A stretch of 50,652 bases of DNA from Candidatus Eiseniibacteriota bacterium (GTDB lineage: Bacteria; Arandabacterota; Arandabacteria; Arandabacterales; Arandabacteraceae), in the NCBI GenBank assembly GCA_043810925.1, contig JBDRNT010000028.1:1-50652 (forward strand), read 5' to 3'. The notes below the pieces were generated by a model that saw nothing but the letters and a program-made list of their open reading frames with translations, searched no databases and was not told where the DNA came from. Positions 29,647-39,523 of this stretch are shown here, piece by piece. Each line of letters opens with the position of its first letter. The first letter of the stretch is position 1. The position numbers and the translations under genes were made by a program.

Positions 29647-31002
29647 TTGGTGTACATACCGAGGACCGAACAGGAAAAGGCTGAGATGCTGCGCGTGATC
29701 GGTGTGGAGGCCTTCGATGACCTGCTTGCCGACTTGCCGGAGGACCTCCGGCTTAAGCGCGCGCTGGATCTGCCGCCGCCTCTTTCGGAGTTCGAAGCGA
29801 AAACGACCCTCAAGAACTTGGCATCGCTCTCAGCCGATCCCGACGAGTGGACGTGCTTCCTGGGAGGCGGAGTCTATGATCACTACATTCCCAGCATTGT
29901 CGACCACATGTCGTCGCGCTCGGAGTTCTACACGGCCTATACGCCCTACCAACCGGAGGTGAGCCAGGGGACGCTCCAGTCGGTCTACGAGTTCCAATCA
30001 CTGATCACCCGGCTGACCGGCATGGATATCGCGAATGCCTCGCTCTACGATGGCGGTACTGCGATCGCCGAAGCCGCACTGATGGCGCATGCCGTAAACG
30101 GCAGGAAACATGTAATAGTCAGCGGTTGCATCAATCCGCTGAGGCTTGCGGTTCTTGAGGCGTATCTTGCGTCAAGTGGTTTCGAGATCAGCGTGACGGG
30201 CAGGCAGGGGGGGGCAACCGATCCTGAAGAGGTACGATCGCTTGCCGGAGACGACACGTGCTGTGTCGTCCTTGAGAATCCCAACTTCTTCGGTGTGGTC
30301 GAAAACCCGGGACCCATCGGCGAGATAGCCCGCACAAATGGGGCGCTCTTCATAGTGTCGGCGGACCCGATTTCCCTTGGACTTCTCAAAGCCCCTTCCG
30401 AGTACGGGGCCGATGTGGTTGTCGGTGAGGGCCAATCCCTCGGTAACAGCCTCAGTTTCGGGGGATCATGTCTGGGTTTCATCGCAACGCGAACGCAGTA
30501 CGTAAGGAGGCTTCCCGGCAGAATCGTCGGCCGCACGGTCGACGTCGACGGCAACCGGTGTTTCTGCCTCACCCTCCAGACACGCGAACAGCACATCAGG
30601 CGCGAGCGGGCCACCTCCAACATATGCACGAACCAGGCACTTCTTGCCCTGCGTGCCACCGTCTACCTTTGCTGGCTTGGAAAGCACGGGATCGCTGAAG
30701 TGGCAAACCTTTGTTTTTCGAAAGCCGTGTATGCCCACAAGCAGCTCCTTGCGGCCGGGTTCTCGCCGCGGTTCACCGGTCCCTTCTTCAAGGAGTTCGT
30801 GATCAAGCTGCCCGTCGATGCCGCCACGGTGGTTCAGCGGCTGGCCGGGCACCGGATCGCCCCGGGCATTGCGCTCGGCAGGTTCTATGAGAACGAGACC
30901 GATTCACTCCTTATCGCCTTTACGGAGAAGCGGACAAAGGCCGAGATCGACAGACTCGTCCTCGCGTTGAAAAACGCGGCAGGAACCGGGGGGCGCGGGT
31001 AA
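29647..31002 (+). CDS. gcvPA: glycine dehydrogenase (decarboxylating) subunit 1
   Basis: [16 protein letters not shown] and [19 protein letters not shown] motifs. Confidence 0.97.
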   Translation: MVYIPRTEQEKAEMLRVIGVEAFDDLLADLPEDLRLKRALDLPPPLSEFEAKTTLKNLASLSADPDEWTCFLGGGVYDHYIPSIVDHMSSRSEFYTAYTPYQPEVSQGTLQSVYEFQSLITRLTGMDIANASLYDGGTAIAEAALMAHAVNGRKHVIVSGCINPLRLAVLEAYLASSGFEISVTGRQGGATDPEEVRSLAGDDTCCVVLENPNFFGVVENPGPIGEIARTNGALFIVSADPISLGLLKAPSEYGADVVVGEGQSLGNSLSFGGSCLGFIATRTQYVRRLPGRIVGRTVDVDGNRCFCLTLQTREQHIRRERATSNICTNQALLALRATVYLCWLGKHGIAEVANLCFSKAVYAHKQLLAAGFSPRFTGPFFKEFVIKLPVDAATVVQRLAGHRIAPGIALGRFYENETDSLLIAFTEKRTKAEIDRLVLALKNAAGTGGRG

Positions 31003-32444
31003 TGAAATCACGTACCACGATATTCGAAGAAAGCCGTCCGGGCCGCCGGGCATATACGCTGCCGTCCCTGGACGTGCCCGTTGTCAGAGCGGAGGCATTC
31101 TTACCATCGGATCTTATCCGCAGGGAGCCTCCGGGGCTTCCTGAGGTTTCCGAGCCAGAGATCGCCCGCCACTTCGTCAACCTGTCGGTTCTCAATCATC
31201 ATGTTGACAGGGACCTCTATCCGCTCGGTTCATGCACGATGAAATACAATCCCAAGGTCGGGGAAGACGTAGCCAACTTCCGGGGGTTTTCGGATCTGCA
31301 CCCTCTCATGGGCGAAGAACATGTGCAGGGCGCGCTCCGGCTCATGCACGGACTCGGTCTTGCTCTGTGTGAGATAACAGGGATGGATGATGTGACGATG
31401 GTTCCCGCAGCCGGTGCTCACGGCGAACTGACGGGGATGCTGCTGGTTCGCGCCTATCATGAGGACCGCGGCAGCCGGAGAAGCAAGGTGCTGATCCCTG
31501 ATTCCTCGCACGGCACCAATCCGGCCAGTGTGCAGATTGCAGGCTACAAGGCCGTGGAGATAAAATCGGATTCGAGCGGCAGGATTGATGCCGACTCGCT
31601 GAAGTCCAATCTCAGTGAGGACGTTGCAGCGTTGATGGTGACCAATCCCAACACGCTGGGGCTCTTTGAGACCGACATCTGTGAAATCGCCGGACTCGTT
31701 CATGATGCCGGCGGTCTGGTCTACATGGACGGGGCGAACATGAACGCGCTGCTGGGCATATCGCGACCCGGCGACTTCGGGATCGACATGGCCCATCTCA
31801 ACCTGCACAAGACATTCTCCACTCCGCATGGTGGTGGAGGTCCCGGGTCCGGTCCGCTTGTGGTCAAGGCGGACCTTGCAGAGTACCTGCCTGTACCCGT
31901 CGTCCGCCGGGAAGGGGACACCTTCAGGTTCGTGTATGACTTGCCGAAGTCGATCGGTCGAATCCATACCTTCTACGGCAACTTCTCAGTTCTTATCAAG
32001 GCGTACTGTTATATTCTGATGTGCGGGGCCGACGGTCTACGTGAGGCGGCGGAGAATGCGATAATCAATGCGAACTACCTTCTCTCCAAACTGAGAGACG
32101 ATTTCACGGTGCCCTATGGGGGGGCGTGCAAACACGAATTCGTGCTCTCGGGGAGGGACAAGCTCAAAGCCGGTGTAAGAACCGCCGACATCGCCAAGCG
32201 GCTTATGGACTATGGTTTTCATCCGCCCACGGTGTACTTCCCGCTGATTGTTGAAGAGGCTCTCATGATTGAACCCACCGAGACCGAATCCAGAGAAACC
32301 CTCGACAGGTTTGCCGAAGCGCTCCATCGAATCAGTACGGAGATAGCAACAGATCCCGAGAAGGTCAAAGGGGCGCCGTATTCGACACCCGTGCGCCGGG
32401 TTGATGAGGCGACGGCGGCAAGGAAGATCGATGTCGCAGAATGA
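31002..32444 (+). CDS. gcvPB: glycine dehydrogenase (decarboxylating) subunit 2
   Basis: [14 protein letters not shown]-Lys in [18 protein letters not shown], and MIEPTETE. Confidence 0.97.
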   Translation: MKSRTTIFEESRPGRRAYTLPSLDVPVVRAEAFLPSDLIRREPPGLPEVSEPEIARHFVNLSVLNHHVDRDLYPLGSCTMKYNPKVGEDVANFRGFSDLHPLMGEEHVQGALRLMHGLGLALCEITGMDDVTMVPAAGAHGELTGMLLVRAYHEDRGSRRSKVLIPDSSHGTNPASVQIAGYKAVEIKSDSSGRIDADSLKSNLSEDVAALMVTNPNTLGLFETDICEIAGLVHDAGGLVYMDGANMNALLGISRPGDFGIDMAHLNLHKTFSTPHGGGGPGSGPLVVKADLAEYLPVPVVRREGDTFRFVYDLPKSIGRIHTFYGNFSVLIKAYCYILMCGADGLREAAENAIINANYLLSKLRDDFTVPYGGACKHEFVLSGRDKLKAGVRTADIAKRLMDYGFHPPTVYFPLIVEEALMIEPTETESRETLDRFAEALHRISTEIATDPEKVKGAPYSTPVRRVDEATAARKIDVAE

Positions 32445-32871
32445 GGCCGGACAGGATATGGAGTGGAGCATATTCCCCTTCATGGAAGACCTGAAACGCT
32501 CGATCATCGTCGTGGTGGTGATACTTGTCTGCGGGCTCCTGGTCTATCTGGCGTTTAAGGACGTCTTCCTTGCACTGCTTTCGGTACTCATTCTCTTTGT
32601 GTCGCTCCATACGTATTTCAGCAAAACTACTTACCGGCTCGACCGCGACGGGGTCGTTATCAGAACTTCCCTTGCAAAAACCGTCAAGAAGTGGTCTGAT
32701 TTCAAAAGATACCATGCCGACCGGAAGGGGGTTACACTCTCTCCCTTTGCCAAACCATCGAGGCTTGAGCCTTTCAGGTCGGTGAGATTACTGTACAAGG
32801 ACAACAAAGACGATGTGGTGGAGTTTATTTCGACGAACATCGGGGGACCGACCCCCACTGACGCCGGTTAG
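32431..32871 (+). CDS. hypothetical membrane protein (2 TM plus a small beta/PH-like domain)
   Basis: A TM hairpin followed by [10 protein letters not shown]...W.DF...LSPF..PSRL..FR. Overlaps the gcvPB stop. Confidence 0.75.
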   Translation: MSQNEAGQDMEWSIFPFMEDLKRSIIVVVVILVCGLLVYLAFKDVFLALLSVLILFVSLHTYFSKTTYRLDRDGVVIRTSLAKTVKKWSDFKRYHADRKGVTLSPFAKPSRLEPFRSVRLLYKDNKDDVVEFISTNIGGPTPTDAG

Positions 32872-33211
32872 AGATGTTGCCGGCGAGGTCGAACCGGCTT
32901 CTGAGGAAGAGGAGCTCCTGAGGAAGGTGGCGGAGCGAATAGTCCGGATGAGGATGGCCGTACCTGCTATATTCTTTCTTGAATCGAGCAAACCGCTTGC
33001 TTTTCTGGGCGGCCAGTTGCTAATCTTTCTAGAACCGTTTGTTCAGACCCTGTTCAATATCCGTCAGTATCAGCAGTTTGCCTTGATGATGGAGGACAGG
33101 GACAACTGGGAGAAGATGATCAAGAAGGTAGAGGATCTGGAGGCCGAGTACTCCGAACGCGAGAAGGAGTCCAAGAAGAAGAAGGACTCCACGAGGGGAA
33201 AGAAGAAATGA
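32813..33211 (+). CDS. hypothetical helical protein
   Basis: KVAERIVRMRMAVPAIFFLESSKPLAFLGGQ core. Overlaps both neighbours. The start is uncertain. Confidence 0.72.
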   Translation: MWWSLFRRTSGDRPPLTPVRDVAGEVEPASEEEELLRKVAERIVRMRMAVPAIFFLESSKPLAFLGGQLLIFLEPFVQTLFNIRQYQQFALMMEDRDNWEKMIKKVEDLEAEYSEREKESKKKKDSTRGKKK

Positions 33212-35049
33212 CAGAAGGTGCCGATCTGAAGAAGGATCCGGATGCGATACGGACCATCATCGCGACCGACTGCGGGAGCACGACCACAAAAGCCATATTG
33301 ATAGAGAAACATGACGGTCATTACCGGCTTGTCAACAGAGGCGAGGCTCCCACCACGGTCGAAGCACCATTTGAAGATGTCACGCGCGGTGTTCTCAATG
33401 CGGTCGCGGAGGTCGAGGATCTCACGGGACGGAAGTTCATAAGAGACGATAAGATAGTGTATCCGAGGGACGGCGAGACAGGGACCGACCTCTATGTGTC
33501 GACTTCATCCGCCGGCGGCGGGCTTCAGATGATGGTCGCCGGGGTGGTAAAGGAAATGACGGCGGAGAGCGCCCAGCGAGCGGCGCTCGGGGCCGGTGCG
33601 ATCGTCATGGATGTGATCGCCTCCAACGACCGCAGACAGCCCTACCAGCGGATCCGGCTGATACGAAATCTCAGACCGGACATGATCCTGCTGTCGGGTG
33701 GAATAGACGGCGGGACGACGACCCATGTTGCAGAGCTGGCCGAGTTGATTGCGGCGGCCGATCCGAAACCCAGGTTGGGAATGGCATACTCCCTGCCTGT
33801 CATCTATGCAGGCAACGTCGACGCGAGGGAGATCGTCAAAGACAGGCTCGACGCCAAGAGCAGCCTGACGATCACGGAGAACCTGAGACCCGTCCTTGAA
33901 AGAGAAAACCTCCAGCCGGCGAGACTCCGGATCCAGGATCTGTTTCTCGAACATGTAATGATGCACGCACCCGGGTACAAGAACCTTCTTGAGTGGACCG
34001 CGGTGCCGATCATGCCGACTCCCGCGGCGGTCGGTTCGATAATGCAATTGATCGCCAAGAATGAGGGGATAGATGTGGTGGGCGTGGACATTGGAGGGGC
34101 GACGACCGACGTGTTCTCGGTGTTCGGTGAGGTTTTTAACCGCACCGTCAGCGCAAACCTCGGTATGAGTTACTCCGTATCCAACGTGCTTGCTGAGGCG
34201 ACCGTTCCCAATATCCTCAGATGGGTCCCGTTCGATGTTGAGGAAGCCGACCTCAGGAACCGGATAAAGAACAAGATGATCAGACCAACAACCATACCTC
34301 AGGCGCTCGAGGAGCTGATGATCGAGCAGGCCATCGCCAGGGAGGCACTGCGGCTTGCGTTCATACAGCACAAGCTTCTTGCGGTTGGACTCAAGGGCGT
34401 ACAGCAGGAACGGACCATATCCGATACGTTCGAGCAGACCGAAAGTGGTGCGACACTCGTCAACATGATGGAACTCGACATACTGGTGGGCAGCGGTGGC
34501 GTCCTGTCACATGCCCCACGCAGGGTCCAGGCGGCCTTCATGCTGATCGACGGGTTCTATCCTGAGGGCCTGACCCAGCTGGCCGTAGACAGCATCTTCA
34601 TGATGCCCCAGCTGGGAGTTCTTGCACAGGTACATCCCAAGGCGGCCCTCGAGGTGTTTCATAAGGACTGTCTGATCAAGCTGGGTACATGCGTCGCCCC
34701 CGTCGGCGTCGCCAAGGCGGGTGACCAGTGCGTCGACATAACACTTGAAATGCCGGACGGTAAGACCGAGAAGAGATCGATCAAGTTCGGCGAGATGGCG
34801 GTCATCCCGCTCGAGGTCGATGCGAAAGCAAAGGCGACCATACATCCGGCAAGAAAGTTCGATGTTGGGGCCGGCAGGGGTAAGGAGATCCACACCGAGA
34901 TTCTTGGCGGCGTGGTTGGGATAATCATAGATGCGAGGGGCAGGCCTCTGGTACTGCCCACCGACAGGGGTGAGAGGGTTCGCAGGCTGACTGAATGGAA
35001 CAAGGCCCTCGACGTTTATCCGGAAGACCGAGAATCAACGGAGGTGTGA
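33208..35049 (+). CDS. GlmL/MutL-family (glutamate mutase L-like) ASKHA/actin-fold ATPase, extended form
   Basis: Phosphate-1 DCGSTTTK, SSAGGGL, AALGAG, PDMILLSGGIDGG, MPTP, phosphate-2 DIGGATTDVFS, RTV.ANLGM and GSGGVLSH motifs. C-terminal extension with GIIIDARGRP. Confidence 0.85.
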   Translation: MTEGADLKKDPDAIRTIIATDCGSTTTKAILIEKHDGHYRLVNRGEAPTTVEAPFEDVTRGVLNAVAEVEDLTGRKFIRDDKIVYPRDGETGTDLYVSTSSAGGGLQMMVAGVVKEMTAESAQRAALGAGAIVMDVIASNDRRQPYQRIRLIRNLRPDMILLSGGIDGGTTTHVAELAELIAAADPKPRLGMAYSLPVIYAGNVDAREIVKDRLDAKSSLTITENLRPVLERENLQPARLRIQDLFLEHVMMHAPGYKNLLEWTAVPIMPTPAAVGSIMQLIAKNEGIDVVGVDIGGATTDVFSVFGEVFNRTVSANLGMSYSVSNVLAEATVPNILRWVPFDVEEADLRNRIKNKMIRPTTIPQALEELMIEQAIAREALRLAFIQHKLLAVGLKGVQQERTISDTFEQTESGATLVNMMELDILVGSGGVLSHAPRRVQAAFMLIDGFYPEGLTQLAVDSIFMMPQLGVLAQVHPKAALEVFHKDCLIKLGTCVAPVGVAKAGDQCVDITLEMPDGKTEKRSIKFGEMAVIPLEVDAKAKATIHPARKFDVGAGRGKEIHTEILGGVVGIIIDARGRPLVLPTDRGERVRRLTEWNKALDVYPEDRESTEV

Positions 35050-35052
35050 CAG

Positions 35053-36186
35053 GTGGCACACGCTTATTCACCCGGACTGAGGGTCGCCCGGCGGACCGAG
35101 GTACGGAAGGAGCGCAGACTGCCGCTGCGCGGTGAGGTTCTGGTCGCGGTAGGCGATCATGTTCAGGCTGAGACGGTCGTTGCGAGGACCGAATTGCCCG
35201 GAAACGTTCAGACGATCAATGTTGCCAATAAACTCAGCATCCTTCCCGAGGACATCGAGCGCCACATGCTTGCCAAGACCGGGGACTGGGTCGACGAGGA
35301 TGAACTCCTCGCAGAGAGCAGGAGTTTCTTCGGTCTCTTCAAGTCACACTGCAAGATGCCGATCGGGGGGACGATTGAATCCGTCTCCGAGATCACCGGC
35401 CAGGTGATCATACGTGAGAAGGCGATACCGGTGGAAGTGAACGCCTATGTCGAGGGTGAGGTGATGGAGGTCTTCGAGGACGAGGGGGTTCTCATCAAGA
35501 CCGAAGGGACGTTCGTCCAGGGCATCTTCGGAATCGGCGGGGAGGCGGTCGGCATGCTCGAAGTCGTCGCCGATAATGGCAGCGATATCCTGTCTCCCGA
35601 CGTGATTTCACCGTCGCACAAGGACAAGGTCATCATCGGGGGCTCGCTTGTCACCATGGACTCGCTCAACCGTGCCGTGGAGGTCGGTGTAAGGGGGATA
35701 ATCGTCGGTGGCATGGGCGACTCCGATCTGCGCACCATCCTCGGTTATGACCTGGGTGTCGCCATAACGGGCACGGAGGATATCGGGCTCAGTCTTATTG
35801 TGACCGAGGGGTTCGGCGAGATGACGATGGCCAAGCGTACGTTCGATCTGCTTGCTTCCAGACAGGGGATGAAAGCGTCCATAAGCGGGGCTACGCAGAT
35901 AAGGGCGGGCGTGATAAGGCCGGAGGTCGTGATTCCGCTCATCGGGACCGGAGAAGACAGTGAAAAGAGGAAACGCGGCGAGGCGCCCTCGACAGGTCTC
36001 GTCGTCGGAAGCTCGGTAAGGGTGATAAGAGTGCCATACTTCGGCCGGATCGGAAAAGTGACCAATCTGCCCCCGGAGCTCCAGAAGCTTGAGTCCGAGG
36101 CCATGGTGAGGGTGCTCGGAGTGGAATTCGAAGACGGCACGCACGCCGTCGTACCGCGGGCCAACGTAGAACTTATTGAAGAGTAG
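35053..36186 (+). CDS. hypothetical soluble protein with barrel-sandwich-hybrid (lipoyl/RnfC-N-like) half motifs and a C-terminal KOW/SH3-like domain
   Basis: GEVLVAVGDHVQAETVVA and KTGDWVDEDELLAE...PIGGTIESV motifs. C-terminal GSSVRVIRVPYFGRIGKV. RBS GGAGGTG. Confidence 0.75.
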   Translation: MAHAYSPGLRVARRTEVRKERRLPLRGEVLVAVGDHVQAETVVARTELPGNVQTINVANKLSILPEDIERHMLAKTGDWVDEDELLAESRSFFGLFKSHCKMPIGGTIESVSEITGQVIIREKAIPVEVNAYVEGEVMEVFEDEGVLIKTEGTFVQGIFGIGGEAVGMLEVVADNGSDILSPDVISPSHKDKVIIGGSLVTMDSLNRAVEVGVRGIIVGGMGDSDLRTILGYDLGVAITGTEDIGLSLIVTEGFGEMTMAKRTFDLLASRQGMKASISGATQIRAGVIRPEVVIPLIGTGEDSEKRKRGEAPSTGLVVGSSVRVIRVPYFGRIGKVTNLPPELQKLESEAMVRVLGVEFEDGTHAVVPRANVELIEE

Positions 36187-36188
36187 GG

Positions 36189-37307
36189 ATGGGAACCTCG
36201 TATAGATTCCTCTTCGTTTTGCTGCTTGTTGTTGTGTTCGGCTGGGTACCGGGATCGGTACTCGCATCTCTCCAGGTTTCGGTCGAGGACTTTCCGGACG
36301 ATGACGGCACGGCCCTCATTGTCAGGTGGGACGGTGTGATTACACCGGCTCAGACCCTGGTGATAGCAAGAGCCACCTACCCGGATACCACCTCCTGGTC
36401 GCAGGTCGCTGAGGTCGACGCGGAGCCCGGAGAGTTCGTCAACACGCGGCTCTCTAGGCACCGGTCCTACATCTACAAAGTGACTTCCCCCGACGGCGCC
36501 ATCGCGGTGACGGAAGCCGTGAAGCCCAGGGCGTCGATGCTGAGCCGCGGGAGGATCAACATGCTTGTGATCCTCGCACTCTTCCTCGCATTTGTCCTGT
36601 TCTACATACGGCTGGCCGCATCGGGCAGGGAACTCTTCGTCCGGAAGATCCCCGGACTCAGTGCCATTGAAGAGGCGATAGGCAGGGCCACGGAGATGGG
36701 CAGACCCGTTCTTTATGTTCCGGGCATTGACGACCTCAACAATATCCAGACGATAGCGAGCATGGTTATTCTCAGCGACGTCGCACGGCTTACGGCAACC
36801 TATGAGACCCCTTTGATAGTCCCCGTCTGCAAGCCCTTTGTCGTTCCTGTCGCCGAGGAGGCGGTCAAGCAAGGACATCTCAACGCCGGCCGTCCCGAAC
36901 TCTATAACCCCGATAACGTGAGATACCTGTCGGATGAACAGTTCGCCTTCACCGCCGGTGTCAACGGCATCATGCTGAGGGAGAAGACGGCGGCGAACAT
37001 CTATATGGGATCTTTTTTCGCTGAATCGCTTATTCTCTCCGAGACAGGCTTCTCGGCGGGTGCGATACAGGTGGCGGGAACCGCGAATATCCACCAGCTT
37101 CCCTTCTTTGTAGCTGCATGCGACTATACCCTGATAGGCGAGGAACTGTATGCGGCGAGCGCCTATCTTTCGAAGGAGCCGAAACTGCTGGGCACACTCA
37201 AGGCAAGTGACCTGGCCAAGGTCCTGATCTTGATAGTGCTGGTCGTTGGGTTCATTACAGAGACGCTGGGTCTTGAGCGTTTCGCCGAATGGTTTACGGC
37301 GAGGTAA
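36189..37307 (+). CDS. membrane protein: signal peptide, FN3-like domain and DUF6754-like domain
   Basis: Signal peptide, then D.P.DDG..L...W...Y.YKV beta sandwich, a TM helix, RKIPGLSAIEEAIGRATEMGRP...QLPFF..ACDY.LIGEELYAASAYL, and a C-terminal TM. The DUF name is from recall. Confidence 0.72.
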   Translation: MGTSYRFLFVLLLVVVFGWVPGSVLASLQVSVEDFPDDDGTALIVRWDGVITPAQTLVIARATYPDTTSWSQVAEVDAEPGEFVNTRLSRHRSYIYKVTSPDGAIAVTEAVKPRASMLSRGRINMLVILALFLAFVLFYIRLAASGRELFVRKIPGLSAIEEAIGRATEMGRPVLYVPGIDDLNNIQTIASMVILSDVARLTATYETPLIVPVCKPFVVPVAEEAVKQGHLNAGRPELYNPDNVRYLSDEQFAFTAGVNGIMLREKTAANIYMGSFFAESLILSETGFSAGAIQVAGTANIHQLPFFVAACDYTLIGEELYAASAYLSKEPKLLGTLKASDLAKVLILIVLVVGFITETLGLERFAEWFTAR

Positions 37308-37311
37308 AGGT

Positions 37312-37932
37312 ATGAAGAACGAGATCCCGGTTGCGATCGCGTTTGCAGCAGGCATGCTTATGGTCGTATCCCTCTTCGTTCCTCATCCGTACATAGCAGG
37401 CCCGGCGGCCGTTGCGAGGAGCTGGGCGATCATCATAACTGCGTTTGCGTATGTCCTTGGTGTTGCGAACATAGCCAGGATAAGCGTCAACACCGTGAGG
37501 AAGAAGTCGGCCGACTGGGAATACAAGACCGCGCTCTTGGTCGCGCTTGCGGCCATGGCCGGGGCCGGCATCGGCGGAGGCATCCACACCGGCGGTTCTT
37601 TCGACTGGACCTATCTCAATGTCTATGTCCCCATGCAGGCTACGATGTTCTCGCTGCTTGCCTTTTTCATAGCGTCAGCGGCTTTCAGGGCGTTTCGTGC
37701 ACGATCCGTTGAAGCGACGCTTCTTCTTGTCACAGCTGCGATCGTGATGCTCGGAAGGGTTCCCGTAGGCGAACAACTATGGGGCAGGCTCCCCGACTTC
37801 ACGGAGTGGATAATGGAAGTCCCCAACATGGCCGCGAAGCGGGGGATCATGATAGGCGCGGCACTCGGTGCGATATCCACGGGTCTTAAGATGATCCTCG
37901 GTCTGGAAAGATCCTACCTGGGTGGTGAATGA
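37312..37932 (+). CDS. hypothetical polytopic membrane protein (about 6 TM)
   Basis: Hydrophobic throughout, with P.QATMFSLLAFFIASAAFRAFR and AKRGIMIGAALG...G.ERSY motifs. Confidence 0.78.
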   Translation: MKNEIPVAIAFAAGMLMVVSLFVPHPYIAGPAAVARSWAIIITAFAYVLGVANIARISVNTVRKKSADWEYKTALLVALAAMAGAGIGGGIHTGGSFDWTYLNVYVPMQATMFSLLAFFIASAAFRAFRARSVEATLLLVTAAIVMLGRVPVGEQLWGRLPDFTEWIMEVPNMAAKRGIMIGAALGAISTGLKMILGLERSYLGGE

Positions 37933-38777
37933 TGAAGGAAACCGAAAACAACGGGGGTTTTATTGCACGGCTCTCGGGGATCGACAGGAGGGTTCTCTTC
38001 CTGATAATCCTGATCTGCGTGGTTATCCCGCTGCTTGCCGGAGCGAGGACGAAGATGTCGATCACCCCGCCGGTAAGAGGTCTCTACGATGCAATAGAAG
38101 GGCTTGAACCGGGTTCGTATGTATGGCTCGCGGCAGACTACGATCCGGGATCGATGCCCGAGCTCTACCCGATGAATATCTCTCTTGTCGAGCATCTCTT
38201 CTCGAAGGACATAAAGGTGATCTGTGCCGCCCTGTGGCCGCCCGGGCCGCCACTGGCGCAGAGGGTCTTCGATGAGATGGCTGCGAAGTACGGCAAGACA
38301 TACGGGGTCGACTACGTCAATCTGGGCTTTAAGGAGGGACGAGAGGCCGTGATGGTATCGGTCGCCGAGGACATGCGCACGGCGTTTCCCGAGGATTTCG
38401 CGGGCACCGCCTGGGACAGCATACCGATGCTCGAGGGCATCCGGAATCTCACGGATCTTGAGATGATCGTCTGCGTGTCGGCCGGCTACCCCGGTATAAA
38501 GGAGTGGATACAGCAGGTATCAACCCGGTATGACATCACGACCGGCGGCGGTGTTACGGCCGTGACCGGTCCCGAGATGTACCCCTATATCCAGTCCGGC
38601 CAACTTGTCGGTCTCCTGGCCGGAATGAAGGGCGCTGCGGAATACGAACAGCTGGTCGGCAAGCCGGGGCTGGGGCTGTCGGGCATGGTTGCGCAGTCGT
38701 ATGTGCACCTGATGGTCGTCGTTTTCATAATCTTCGCCAACATCATCTACTTCGTCGAGAAGCGGAGAGCAGGATGA
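37929..38777 (+). CDS. hypothetical membrane-anchored alpha/beta protein
   Basis: N- and C-terminal TMs around DYDP...ELYP, YGVDYVNLGF and YPY.QSGQLVGLL.G.KGAAEYE. ATGA overlaps on both sides. Confidence 0.78.
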   Translation: MMKETENNGGFIARLSGIDRRVLFLIILICVVIPLLAGARTKMSITPPVRGLYDAIEGLEPGSYVWLAADYDPGSMPELYPMNISLVEHLFSKDIKVICAALWPPGPPLAQRVFDEMAAKYGKTYGVDYVNLGFKEGREAVMVSVAEDMRTAFPEDFAGTAWDSIPMLEGIRNLTDLEMIVCVSAGYPGIKEWIQQVSTRYDITTGGGVTAVTGPEMYPYIQSGQLVGLLAGMKGAAEYEQLVGKPGLGLSGMVAQSYVHLMVVVFIIFANIIYFVEKRRAG

Positions 38778-39523
38778 AACTGAGGATAGCACTGACAGGT
38801 CTTGTGGTGGTGCTGGTCGTCATCGCATTGGCCTCGGGGCGAATTTCGTCACTCACGTTCGGCAAGTGGGTCGCCGCGCTCTTGACGCTCTCGATTTTCA
38901 GCTTTCTCTATAAGGATAACCCGGTCTACAAGATGGCCGAGCACGTCTTCATAGGCATTTCTGCCGGCTACTTTGTCTCGCTGGAATACTGGAATGTCTT
39001 CATACCGAACCTGTGGAATCCTCTCTTAGAGGGGACACGGGAGAATCTGATTCTGATAGTGCCGTTCGGTCTGGGTCTGCTCCTGTTTACGAGATTCTAT
39101 CCACGCATCGCCTGGCTCAGCAGGTGGTCTATGGCGGCGATGATAGGTTCCTATGCGGGTCTTGCGATAATAGGTGCCCTCCAGGGAGATCTGGTCGCCC
39201 AGATAAGGGCCAATATGATTCCCCTGTATTCTCCAGGGAGTGTTGTTGCGCTCGGGAACAGTCAGGGTGCGACCGAGATCTTTTTCGGCCTGCTTGAGGT
39301 TTTGCGCAACCCGCTGATCATAGTAGGTTTGATCGCCACACTCATATACTTCTTCTTCTCGCGGGAACACAAGGGCGGGTTCGGCGTCGTCTCGAAGGTC
39401 GGCGTTTGGTTCCTGATGATTTCCTTCGGGGCGTCTTTCGGCTACACCGTTATGAGCAGAGTCTCGCTTCTGATCGGGAGGCTCCACTTCCTCCTGAGCG
39501 ACTGGTTGGGCATAATCCCTTGA
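38774..39523 (+). CDS. hypothetical polytopic membrane protein (about 7 TM)
   Basis: TLSIFSFLYKDNPVYKMAEHVFIG, YFFFS.EH and FLMISFGASFGYTVMSR motifs. Confidence 0.78.
   Translation: MKLRIALTGLVVVLVVIALASGRISSLTFGKWVAALLTLSIFSFLYKDNPVYKMAEHVFIGISAGYFVSLEYWNVFIPNLWNPLLEGTRENLILIVPFGLGLLLFTRFYPRIAWLSRWSMAAMIGSYAGLAIIGALQGDLVAQIRANMIPLYSPGSVVALGNSQGATEIFFGLLEVLRNPLIIVGLIATLIYFFFSREHKGGFGVVSKVGVWFLMISFGASFGYTVMSRVSLLIGRLHFLLSDWLGIIP

Noticed and set aside
35047-35055. In-frame TGA-CAG-GTG junction as selenocysteine or readthrough fusion of GlmL with the next ORF
   Set aside because: A strong RBS (GGAGGTG) precedes the GTG, no SECIS-like hairpin is evident, and similar in-frame 3-nt gaps occur elsewhere in the window.
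35745-37355. Long antisense ORFs (536 aa here, also 9677-10984, 39442-40419 and 5992-6933)
   Set aside because: Shadow frames of well-supported genes in GC-rich DNA, with no recognisable motifs.
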